Below are positions 56,601-64,000 of a stretch of 64,000 nt of DNA, piece by piece (within the stretch, counting starts at the first letter, position 1; every line of letters begins with the position of its first letter). The position numbers and the translations under genes were made by a program. This stretch comes from Lachnospiraceae bacterium (GTDB lineage Bacteria > Bacillota > Clostridia > Lachnospirales > Lachnospiraceae): assembly GCA_024691305.1 (NCBI GenBank), contig JAILNS010000031.1, forward strand, positions 64,657 to 128,656. The letters run 5' to 3'. A model generated the notes under the pieces. It did not search any database. It had not been told where the DNA came from and saw only the letters and a list, made by a program, of their open reading frames with translations.

Positions 56601-57402
56601 TAAGGACAGTGAGTACAGAAAACTGATAGATGCCATATATGAGTACGAATATCCCCATGATGACCTTAAGGGATTATATACCAAAACCTCGGTATCGGTG
56701 CTTAAGCATGCTGCGATGCCCGACGATGCGGACAGACCATATGAAATGATCAGTGGAGAAGCCTCTGATATCGATGATACGGATAAAGCGGCTGGAGAAG
56801 GTGCGGCTCATAAGAGCGCATTCGATATACCGGTTCCCAGATTCATATCGGGAACAGTCGATGTGCCCGGAGCTACCGTACGCGGATCTGCTTTCCACAG
56901 GATACTCGAGTTATGTGATTTTGCCGGTTTACATAATTCGGTGAACAAGGAAGAAGATATTGATAAACAGATCGCATCATTTTTGGCAGACAAACGTATT
57001 TCTCTTCTCGAAAAGCGTATATTTGATAAAAGAACCGATCATGAGATGCTGATGAACTTCATAAACAGTGAGACAGCGGGAAGGATGGCCAAAGCTCAAC
57101 AGACAGGCAGACTTTTCAGAGAAGCACCTTTCATGATGGGAATACCTGCATCTGCATTGGGAGAGCAATATCCCGAATATGAAACTGTACTTATACAAGG
57201 TATAATAGATGTATACTGGATAGAAGAAGACGGTGCGGTAATACTTGATTATAAGACCGACAGGGTTCATACCAAAGAGCGCTTTATCGAACTGTATAAG
57301 ACACAGCTTGATTATTATGAAGAAGCGCTTGTCAAAATGCATATCCCGGTCAAGGAGAAACTGATCTATTCGTTTGAAATGGATAAGATCATCAGAGTTT
57401 GA
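53617..57402 (+). CDS. addA: ATP-dependent helicase/nuclease subunit A
   Basis: UvrD-type motifs: AAAGSGKTAVLVERI, VDEYQDSN-like FIDEYQDSN, TEHKSKGLEFPVVF, YVSMTRA. The C-terminal RecB-type nuclease reads GIIDVYW…ILDYKTD. Confidence 0.95.
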   Translation: MEFTKDQQNIIDARDCSLIVSAAAGSGKTAVLVERIIRLVTDPEAPVDIDSLLVVTFTNVAASQMREKIRNELAKRAEAYPDDDNIKRQATLLHNARITTIDSFCQFVLRNSFADIDIDPGFRIAEEGENKLIEADVLDEIIEKNYESGDEDFLYLSDHIATGASDSSLAEAIYSVYTKAISDPWPYRWLDKHSRDYECDSDAKLSGWIVDMVRKRAISKLEITFDIYKKAIETAETGGVHQDYIDFLESEYELIQGVADRLKEDDEADYDTVRDLVFSIPFDRLPSKKDSGENKSLRDKAKSYRDRAKDTVNSLKTRYLSGSEEDAVRHIQNSGRAIKALCKVTAEYMDALRAAKADKGILSFSDCEHYALDILVHVNDDGSIELTDTAASYRSHFKYVFIDEYQDSNMIQELLLSAVSGESEGIYNRFMVGDVKQSIYRFRQAEPEIFISKYREYKYDDPRERKIDLNKNFRSRKQVIDSCNSLFEKIMNESSAGCDYDEHSALKTGADYPDPDNDDYITELIFTDVNDCEDDAKSEGEVIAERIIEMMESRMQIRDPETKEMRPVRYGDIVILYRAGINDAVTYKKALEKRLIPAVLTGSTGYFETYEIRTLMNFLRIVVNPLQDIPFYGVLNSVIGGFDTEDIALISTLYRDSLEAGVRPGKGYLYAACKYVADKDTDSEEAKAGKDNKDSNDSKERDLTDRIRDFLEMIEKYRGYSEFLTVPELLVKLLDETDYKALVTSMRGGVRRAANVDMLVRKASDYSGTSYFGLYNFIRYIDNLEQTATQDAEAETNGEMTQTVRIMTEHKSKGLEFPVVFIARIGNMFNMTDTKGNVICDHGVGIGIKDNDIENRVKYDNLMYRYISDHIHDQTLAEEMRILYVSMTRAMEKLIIVCAVKPEHILDDDNVLTSKVIKRPKSNLRYIDWYLQCICDEEGEDSIVFDDEHGERVIASMHIKISMTEEHEESELEKAVDASLAETMVHSVLEAGAAVKDSEYRKLIDAIYEYEYPHDDLKGLYTKTSVSVLKHAAMPDDADRPYEMISGEASDIDDTDKAAGEGAAHKSAFDIPVPRFISGTVDVPGATVRGSAFHRILELCDFAGLHNSVNKEEDIDKQIASFLADKRISLLEKRIFDKRTDHEMLMNFINSETAGRMAKAQQTGRLFREAPFMMGIPASALGEQYPEYETVLIQGIIDVYWIEEDGAVILDYKTDRVHTKERFIELYKTQLDYYEEALVKMHIPVKEKLIYSFEMDKIIRV

Positions 57403-57423
57403 CATGTTCGGAAACAGGAGTTT

Positions 57424-58344
57424 ATGGGAAGATCATTAAAAAAAGCGATATATGTTCTGACCCCGTTTGTGGTGTATTATCTGGTCCATGGGATAACCAG
57501 ATTCCTTATGATGTTCCTGCTTCAGCTGTTATCTTCATATTCCACCGGGATTTATTCTGTTATAAAAGCGCATGATGCGCTGTTTTCGGGCATTATTTCC
57601 CTGTTGGATATGTCGATCGGGGCGATCGCGCTTATTTTTCTTATGAAGCGTGACTTTGAAGAACTGTCAATTTGGGATTATGTAAACCTAAACGGTATAT
57701 CCTTTTACCGTTCCGACAGGATCCACAGTTATGCATTCGGCTGGATCCTTATAGCCGTACAGGCTGTGAGCATGGCTATAGGATTAAACGTACTGATCGG
57801 ACTCTCCGGGCTCATGAAGATATCGTCATATGAAGATAGCGCCCAGGCGCAGTATTCCATTCCTATATGGCTTGGACTGGTTTTGTACGGCCTCGTATCA
57901 CCCGCTGTTGAGGAACTGCTTTTCAGGACTGTCATTTACGGCAGGATGAAGAGGAGATTTGCCGTAATTTTATCCATGATCATGAGTTCATTGTTTTTTG
58001 GCTTATATCACGGAAATCTTGTGCAGGGCATATACGGGTTTATAATGGGCTTTTTGATGTGCATGGCATGTGAATACCTGCACACCGTGACAGGGGCGTT
58101 TCTTATGCATTCAGCTGCCAATATAACCATATATCTGCTCGGAATGAGCGGGCTTCTTTTAAAGCTTTCTACACCGCTGTTTTGTTGTGTTTTTATTGCC
58201 ATAGGTCTGATAACTATAGCGTGTGAGGCCGGATTCAGTTATAAAACATATAAGACCATGGGGCATATCGAAGGGATCGCTCCTGTCGGTTGTTTTTACA
58301 GGGATCCGACGCTTTTTGAAGATGAAGAAGATATATATACATAA
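57424..58344 (+). CDS. CPBP-family intramembrane glutamic endopeptidase (CAAX protease-like)
   Basis: EELLFR, FFGLYH and HSAANI motifs on a polytopic scaffold. Confidence 0.85.
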   Translation: MGRSLKKAIYVLTPFVVYYLVHGITRFLMMFLLQLLSSYSTGIYSVIKAHDALFSGIISLLDMSIGAIALIFLMKRDFEELSIWDYVNLNGISFYRSDRIHSYAFGWILIAVQAVSMAIGLNVLIGLSGLMKISSYEDSAQAQYSIPIWLGLVLYGLVSPAVEELLFRTVIYGRMKRRFAVILSMIMSSLFFGLYHGNLVQGIYGFIMGFLMCMACEYLHTVTGAFLMHSAANITIYLLGMSGLLLKLSTPLFCCVFIAIGLITIACEAGFSYKTYKTMGHIEGIAPVGCFYRDPTLFEDEEDIYT

Positions 58345-58403
58345 CACTTGATATTCTGCTATACTTAATAAAATGCGGCTTGAATGACCAGGGGGGTAAT
58401 TAC

Positions 58404-59813
58404 ATGGAGAATAAAAGAAAGCTAACCGGAAAAGAAAAATTCGCATACGGAATAGGTGCTGTCGGAAAAGACATGGTCTACATGCTCTCGGCAAGCTATA
58501 TTCTGTATTATTATCAGGATATAATGGGCGTGAGCGCGGCGGCAATGGGTGCCATACTGCTTATCGCCCGTGTCTTTGATGCATTTAATGATCCCATCAT
58601 GGGAATAATAGTAGCCAAGACCAGGACCAAATGGGGTAAATTCCGTCCCTGGCTCATGATAGGTACTGTGACCAATGCCGTGATTTTGTTTGTGATGTTT
58701 TCCGCACCGCCTTCACTTGACGGGGCCGGACTTACAGCTTATGCGGCAATCTTTTATATCCTCTGGGGTGTGACTTATACCATGATGGATATCCCTTACT
58801 GGAGCATGGTTCCCGCATTTACCGAGAGCGGTAAGGAGAGAGAGGGACTTTCCGCACTTGCCAGATCATGTGCCGGTGTCGGTTCTGCGATCATATCGAT
58901 AGTGACCGTTAAGATGGTATCCATGCTCGGACATGCCTTCGGCGGAGATGAGAGCAATTATGAACGCATAGGTTACAGCAAGATGGCTTTGATAGTAGCG
59001 CTGCTTTTCATCATCTGTATTGTGATAACATGCGTTTTTATAAAAGAAAAATCTACCGTAGATATGGAAACAGCCTCTATCGGAGATATGTTCAGGGCTC
59101 TTATCCAAAACGATCAGGCGATCACTATGGTCATTGCGATAGTTATGGTCAATACTGCTTTGTATGTTACAAGCAATCTTGTGATCTACTTTTTTAAATA
59201 TGATTTTTCACCTGCCAACTGGGAGAACAATTATACATTGTTCAACGTAGCCGGCGGCGGATTCCAGATACTTGCCATGATGCTCTTGTTCCCGCTTCTT
59301 CGTAAGTTCATGAACACGATGAAGATATTCTATACATGTTTTATCATGGCATTTGCGGGATATGCCATTCTCCTTATTGAAGCGTTCTTTATTCAGGATA
59401 ATGTATACTTCCTGCTTGTACCGGCATTTCTCATCATGAGTGCGATCGGTATGTTAAATGTAGTCATCACCGTATTTTTGGCAAATACCGTCGATTACGG
59501 TGAACTTAAGAATAACAGGAGAGATGAGTCGGTCATTTTTTCCATGCAGACATTCGTTGTAAAGCTTGCTTCGGGTGTTGCGGCATTTGTTGCAGGTATT
59601 GTTTTACAGGTATGTAATATAAGCAAAGACACCGAGAGTCAGGTGGTGGGTCAGATAGCGCAGGGCTCAAGGATGGGACTTCGTATGAGCATGACCATAA
59701 TACCTATAGTAGTCCTTGTTATCGGACTTATGGTATTTATGCGTAAATACATACTTACTGATGAAAAACTTCAGGAAATATCAGCCCAGTTAGAGGCGAG
59801 GAAACAGGCATAA
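58404..59813 (+). CDS. Glycoside-pentoside-hexuronide (GPH) family cation symporter-like transporter
   Basis: KFAYGIGAVGKDMVYM…LIARVFDAFNDPIMG…KWGKFRPW is a typical GPH N-terminal signature, with 12 TM helices. ATG 58404 is preferred over the TTG at 58380. Confidence 0.85.
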   Translation: MENKRKLTGKEKFAYGIGAVGKDMVYMLSASYILYYYQDIMGVSAAAMGAILLIARVFDAFNDPIMGIIVAKTRTKWGKFRPWLMIGTVTNAVILFVMFSAPPSLDGAGLTAYAAIFYILWGVTYTMMDIPYWSMVPAFTESGKEREGLSALARSCAGVGSAIISIVTVKMVSMLGHAFGGDESNYERIGYSKMALIVALLFIICIVITCVFIKEKSTVDMETASIGDMFRALIQNDQAITMVIAIVMVNTALYVTSNLVIYFFKYDFSPANWENNYTLFNVAGGGFQILAMMLLFPLLRKFMNTMKIFYTCFIMAFAGYAILLIEAFFIQDNVYFLLVPAFLIMSAIGMLNVVITVFLANTVDYGELKNNRRDESVIFSMQTFVVKLASGVAAFVAGIVLQVCNISKDTESQVVGQIAQGSRMGLRMSMTIIPIVVLVIGLMVFMRKYILTDEKLQEISAQLEARKQA

Positions 59814-60755
59814 ATGACTAAGATTTCATACGTTATACCGTGCTACAGGTCGGAAAAAACGATAAAAGGGGTTGTAAATGAGATCATAGAGACTGTCTCG
59901 GGTTTGCCTGACAGTACCTGTGAGATAATCCTTGTCAATGATTCATCCCCGGATAACACCTTATCCGTCATTGAAGAACTTGCAGCTGCTCACGATGAGG
60001 TCACAGGAATAGATATGACCAAAAATTTCGGGCAGCATGCAGCTCTTATGGCAGGGTTTCATTTTGTGACCGGAGATTATGTGGTATGTCTTGATGATGA
60101 CGGACAGACACCTCCGTGTGAGTCTGTTAAGCTTATTGATAAATTAAAGGAAGGCTATGATGCGGTATATGCCCGTTATGACCATAAGGCACATTCTGCA
60201 TTTCGGAATTTCGGAAGCCGTGTGAACAGTTATATGGCTGAAACGATGCTCAATAAGCCCAAAGAACTTTATATATCAAGTTATTTTGCGGCCAAAAGAA
60301 TCATAATAGATGAAATATTAAGATATCAGAATCCGTATCCGTATATTCAGGGACTGGTACTTCGCTCTACAAATAAGATATGCAATGTGGATGTGGAACA
60401 CAGGGCAAGACAGGAAGGAAGGAGCGGATATTCCTTTGGCAAACTCATGGCGCTTTGGATCAACGGATTTACTTCTTTTTCGGTAAAGCCGTTAAGGATC
60501 GCTATGTATTGCGGTCTTTTCACCGCTTTTGTCGGTTTCCTGTTTTTGATATATGTATTGATAGTCAAACTTTCAAATAATCCCAATACCCCTTTGGGCT
60601 GGAGCTCTACCATGGCGGTCATCCTTCTTATCGGAGGCATGAATCTGATAGTACTTGGCATGATAGGAGAATATATAGGCAGAATGTATATCAGTATGAA
60701 TAATTCTCCACAGTATGTGATCCGAAAAGTTATTTCCGGCAAAGAAGAAAAGTAA
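59814..60755 (+). CDS. Family-2 glycosyltransferase with two C-terminal TM helices (polyprenyl-phosphate glycosyltransferase, GtrB/ArnC-like)
   Basis: SYVIPCYRSEKTI…LVNDSSPDNT…CLDDDGQ (DxD), followed by two TM helices. The start abuts the transporter's stop codon. Confidence 0.82.
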   Translation: MTKISYVIPCYRSEKTIKGVVNEIIETVSGLPDSTCEIILVNDSSPDNTLSVIEELAAAHDEVTGIDMTKNFGQHAALMAGFHFVTGDYVVCLDDDGQTPPCESVKLIDKLKEGYDAVYARYDHKAHSAFRNFGSRVNSYMAETMLNKPKELYISSYFAAKRIIIDEILRYQNPYPYIQGLVLRSTNKICNVDVEHRARQEGRSGYSFGKLMALWINGFTSFSVKPLRIAMYCGLFTAFVGFLFLIYVLIVKLSNNPNTPLGWSSTMAVILLIGGMNLIVLGMIGEYIGRMYISMNNSPQYVIRKVISGKEEK

Positions 60756-60766
60756 AACAGTGTAAT

Positions 60767-61816
60767 ATGATAAGATCGGCTGATGTAGTAAAAAGCATAG
60801 CGGTGCTCTTGTTATGTGCAGGCATTATAACAGGCTGCGGCAGTGAAGAGGTTTCAAATATCGATACAGGAATGACTGCGATAGAGGAACTCAATTACAC
60901 GGGAGCGCTTGAAGCGTTTGCGGCAGCAACAGAGGCAGGAGAAGATGAAAGACTTATCCTTCGCGGACAGGGCATGGTCTATATGGCCCAGCTTCAGTAT
61001 GAAGAGGCTATAGATGCTTTTGTAAAGGCTTTGAATCTCAGCGACGGTGTGCCTGAAGAACTGGACTATGATATCAATTATTACCTTGCTGCCGCTTATT
61101 ATAAGTCCGGACGTCTGGATGAGGCGCGGGCGGTATATGATGCGATACTCACATTAAGACCGGATGAATTTAATGCATATTATCTAAGAGGTGTGGTAGA
61201 ACTTGAGAGCGGTGATTTTGACTCGGCAAATACAGACTTTCACACGGCCATAGATCTTAACAAAGGCGACAATGATATGGTCGTTGATATATATCAGATA
61301 CTGGCGGCACAGGGATACAAGGAGGCAGGAAGAGAGATCATAAGTGAGTGTATAGCCTCGGATTCAGGTATCTCAGATTATGATTATGGCAGGTTTGAGT
61401 ATTACCTTGGAAACTACGAATCCGCAAAAAACTATCTTGAACAGGCGGACAAGGGTGACCAGGCCCAGATAACCCTTTTCCTGGGGAGAACTTATGAATC
61501 TCTGGGAGATTATAATTATGCCATAAGTCTTTATAATACTTATCTTGATAAGAATCATAACTCTCCGAATATCTATAATCAGATGGGTTTGTGCCAGATG
61601 AAGATGGAACGGTATGCAGAAGCATTAAGTTCCTTCCAGGCCGGTATGAATACCGAAGACAAATCCATATTACAGACACTCAAATATAACGAGGCCATAG
61701 CATATGAATATATGCACGAATTTGATACGGCTTCCTCACTTATGCGTGAGTATATATCACTGTATCCCGATGATACGGCCGCACAAAGAGAATATGAGTT
61801 TTTACAGACACGATAA
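60767..61816 (+). CDS. TPR-repeat lipoprotein
   Basis: Signal peptide with lipobox LLCAGIITGC, followed by multiple TPR-like A..A…Y..G units. Confidence 0.8.
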   Translation: MIRSADVVKSIAVLLLCAGIITGCGSEEVSNIDTGMTAIEELNYTGALEAFAAATEAGEDERLILRGQGMVYMAQLQYEEAIDAFVKALNLSDGVPEELDYDINYYLAAAYYKSGRLDEARAVYDAILTLRPDEFNAYYLRGVVELESGDFDSANTDFHTAIDLNKGDNDMVVDIYQILAAQGYKEAGREIISECIASDSGISDYDYGRFEYYLGNYESAKNYLEQADKGDQAQITLFLGRTYESLGDYNYAISLYNTYLDKNHNSPNIYNQMGLCQMKMERYAEALSSFQAGMNTEDKSILQTLKYNEAIAYEYMHEFDTASSLMREYISLYPDDTAAQREYEFLQTR

Positions 61817-61862
61817 TTGAATCATGATTTAATAAATATACATCATAAACAGAGGTATGACC

Positions 61863-62798
61863 ATGATAAACAAGCTGATATCCAATATAAAGCGTACCGG
61901 AGCACCGATCGTAGTAGGCCTTGATCCTAATCTTAAGTTTGTCCCCTCACATATTTTAAATAAGGCATATGAGGCTAAAGGAGAGACCCTTGAAGGTGCT
62001 GCCGAAGCTATATGGAATTTTAACAAGGGGATCGTTGATCATGTATATGATCTTATCCCGGCTGTAAAACCTCAGATCGCTATGTATGAACAGTTTGGTC
62101 TGCCCGGAATTGAGGTCTACAAGAAGACGGTTGATTATTGTAAGGAAAAAGGACTTGTAGTCATAGGAGATATAAAGAGAGGCGATATAGGCTCCACTTC
62201 CGAATCTTATGCTATAGGACATTTGGGACATGCACAGGTCGGAAGCCGGTTGCTTGCAGGATTCGATGAGGATTTTGCTACTGTAAATCCTTATCTTGGA
62301 TCAGACGGTGTTAAGCCTTTTATAGATGTTTGCCGTAAAGAAGGTAAGGGCATATTTGTGCTGGTTAAGACGTCTAATCCGTCGAGCGGTGAGTTTCAGG
62401 ACAGAGAAGTTTTGTGCGATGACGGCAAGATGCGCAGATTATATGAGATAGTCGGTGCCAAGGTCACGGAATGGGGCATGGATATAATGGGGGATACATA
62501 CAGTTATGTAGGTGCCGTGGTCGGTGCAACATATCCAGAAGAGGGACGCATATTACGTGATATCATGCCAAAGGCTTATATACTCGTGCCCGGATACGGT
62601 GCACAGGGCGGAAAGGGCGCAGATCTGGTCCATTTCTTTGATAAGGACGGGCTTGGCGCCATAGTAAACTCTTCCAGAGGCATAATCGCAGCTTATAAGA
62701 ACGAGAAATATGCTTCTTACGGAGAGGAAAATTATGCGGATGCTTCAAGAGCAGCCGTAGAAGATATGATCGAGGATATAAGGACGGCGTTGGGATGA
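61863..62798 (+). CDS. pyrF: Orotidine-5'-phosphate decarboxylase, type 2
   Basis: PIVVGLDP…KPQIAMYE…VIGDIKRGDIGST…VPGYGAQGG. SD AGAGG (61851-61855) favours ATG 61863; the ORF track's ATG 61857 is the alternative. Confidence 0.9.
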   Translation: MINKLISNIKRTGAPIVVGLDPNLKFVPSHILNKAYEAKGETLEGAAEAIWNFNKGIVDHVYDLIPAVKPQIAMYEQFGLPGIEVYKKTVDYCKEKGLVVIGDIKRGDIGSTSESYAIGHLGHAQVGSRLLAGFDEDFATVNPYLGSDGVKPFIDVCRKEGKGIFVLVKTSNPSSGEFQDREVLCDDGKMRRLYEIVGAKVTEWGMDIMGDTYSYVGAVVGATYPEEGRILRDIMPKAYILVPGYGAQGGKGADLVHFFDKDGLGAIVNSSRGIIAAYKNEKYASYGEENYADASRAAVEDMIEDIRTALG

Positions 62799-63052
62799 AG
62801 AAGAGGATAATAGCCATAATAGGTGTGGTTTTAATTGTGATCATGGTACTTGCCACACTTATAACTGCTTTTGTCGACAAGAGCGGTGTTTACTTTAGGA
62901 GCTGTCTTATCGTTACGATAGCACTTCCGATAGCGCTGTGGGTATTTTTGTGGGCATATGGTGCGATGATGCACAAACACACCCCTGCCAGTTTTGACAT
63001 GGGCGGTGAAGCAAAGGCCGATAACGAAAACACACCGGATGATAATGAGTAA
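62795..63052 (+). CDS. Small two-TM membrane protein of unknown function
   Basis: 85 aa, with two hydrophobic helices. The ATGA start overlaps the pyrF stop. Confidence 0.55.
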   Translation: MKKRIIAIIGVVLIVIMVLATLITAFVDKSGVYFRSCLIVTIALPIALWVFLWAYGAMMHKHTPASFDMGGEAKADNENTPDDNE

Positions 63053-64000
63053 ATACGATAACACTTCTTATAAAAATAAACTGAGCCTGACCGTACATCA
63101 AAACCGGTTCAGGCTTATCTTTATATTTGCAGGGTTATTATTGATCCTAGCATATAAAATCCTTACCCATATTCCCGGACAGGGAAGGGCTGTCCAGGCC
63201 AAATATATAGATCCTTTGCATGAGACTCTGGCTTCTTTATGTGACCGGACAGATATAGCGGTTTGTGAGTGGCTTATTGTTTTGATCGTTACTTGTTTTT
63301 TGGCTTATTTACTTGGCACACTGGTTTACATAATTCGTTACAAGTCCATCATAAGACCTGTAATATCCGTGCTTGTGACCGTATGCATGATCATATCGCT
63401 CATATACGGAGGATTTTGTATCCTATGGGGATTTACCTATGATGCTCCGGGTGTTGAGGAAATCTGCGGTATCACTCCCGATCCCGACGGGATACTCCAT
63501 GAGGATCTTGTGAGGGTGGACCGGTTTTTTGTTCAAAAAGCGAATGAGTATTCCGTATTGGTCGAAAGAGATCCGGACGGACACTATATCTATCCAAAAG
63601 GAGACGATCTTAATGTGATCACGGATCATTCAAAGATACTCTATGATAAAATATCCCAAACCTTCCCGGGACTTGCCGGGACAAGTCATTGTCCTAAAGG
63701 AATTTGTTTTTCCAAAGTTATGAGTCATTTGGATTTTACCGGATTCTACAGTCCGTTTACCGGGGAAGCATGTTTTAATACAGATTCACCTGAATGCATG
63801 GTTCCTTCTACCATAGCACATGAACTTGCTCATCAGAGGGGAATAGCGGCAGAGGATGAAGCAAATTTTATCGCAGTAGTTTCAAGTCTTGAAGACGGTG
63901 ATCCGGATTATGTATATTCCGCATGTCTTCTTGCCCTGATCCATCTTCAGAATGCACTATATAAAAGCGGTGACGCCGATCAGTGGAAGGCGATAAAAGA
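63045..64000 (+). CDS. DUF3810-like membrane protein with HExxH motif (putative zinc metallopeptidase), 3'-truncated by the window edge
   Basis: Not in the ORF track because no stop is reached. My translation from ATG 63045 runs MSKYDNTSYKNKLSL…, shows 3 TM helices, then FYSPFTGEACFNTD…STIAHELAHQRGIAAEDEANFIAV. The start overlaps the upstream gene by 8 nt. Confidence 0.7.
   Translation, partial: MSKYDNTSYKNKLSLTVHQNRFRLIFIFAGLLLILAYKILTHIPGQGRAVQAKYIDPLHETLASLCDRTDIAVCEWLIVLIVTCFLAYLLGTLVYIIRYKSIIRPVISVLVTVCMIISLIYGGFCILWGFTYDAPGVEEICGITPDPDGILHEDLVRVDRFFVQKANEYSVLVERDPDGHYIYPKGDDLNVITDHSKILYDKISQTFPGLAGTSHCPKGICFSKVMSHLDFTGFYSPFTGEACFNTDSPECMVPSTIAHELAHQRGIAAEDEANFIAVVSSLEDGDPDYVYSACLLALIHLQNALYKSGDADQWKAIK

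Noticed and set aside
1-64000. I looked for a genomic island, prophage or mobile element.
   Set aside because: There is no integrase, transposase, recombinase, phage structural gene, flanking direct repeats at a tRNA, or abrupt strand switch. Gene orientation is uniformly + and housekeeping operons are interspersed throughout.

Overview
This window looks like 64 kb of core chromosome from a moderate-GC Firmicute. The proteins have a Clostridia / Lachnospiraceae-like flavour, which I cannot verify without a search. I call about 47 protein genes, all on the + strand. The only - strand feature is a tRNA-Glu(CUC). I found no integrase, transposase, CRISPR array, rRNA or recognisable defence genes.

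Content in order:
- A 1064-aa coiled-coil surface protein (326-3520).
- A five-gene, translationally coupled phosphorelay operon (3755-12500): a LytTR response regulator, a free Hpt protein, a REC-GGDEF-(degenerate GGDEF)-REC-HD-GYP enzyme, a hybrid kinase with Hpt, and a hybrid kinase ending in a DegV fatty-acid-binding domain.
- A DUF853/HerA-like ATPase, a GT39-like membrane glycosyltransferase, and a YbjN-like protein paired with a 730-aa CbxX/SpoVK-type AAA+ ATPase.
- infC-rpmI-rplT with its leader/attenuator and an ATT start codon.
- copA, an ABC exporter and an MCP.
- A second hybrid kinase, a double-receiver protein and a macrodomain hydrolase, apparently in one operon.
- A membrane-fused spermidine-synthase-like protein and a repeat protein, followed by an intergenic array of six hairpin modules (35044-35445).
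- A Big_2/TPR membrane protein and a VanW protein.
- The conserved rimP-nusA-ylxR-ylxQ-infB-rbfA-nrnA-truB-ribF block.
- ldhA, an MscS channel, an NlpC/P60 hydrolase, addBA, a CPBP protease, a GPH transporter/GT2/TPR-lipoprotein trio, pyrF, and a truncated DUF3810-like gene.

Most interesting:
- The kinase-REC-DegV fusion and the branched phosphorelay/c-di-GMP operon around it.
- Twin LytTR-style direct-repeat promoters in front of that operon and of the surface-protein gene.
- The hairpin array, which shows compensatory base changes between copies.

All functional calls come from reading motifs in the supplied translations. No database search was possible, so any claim of novelty is untested.
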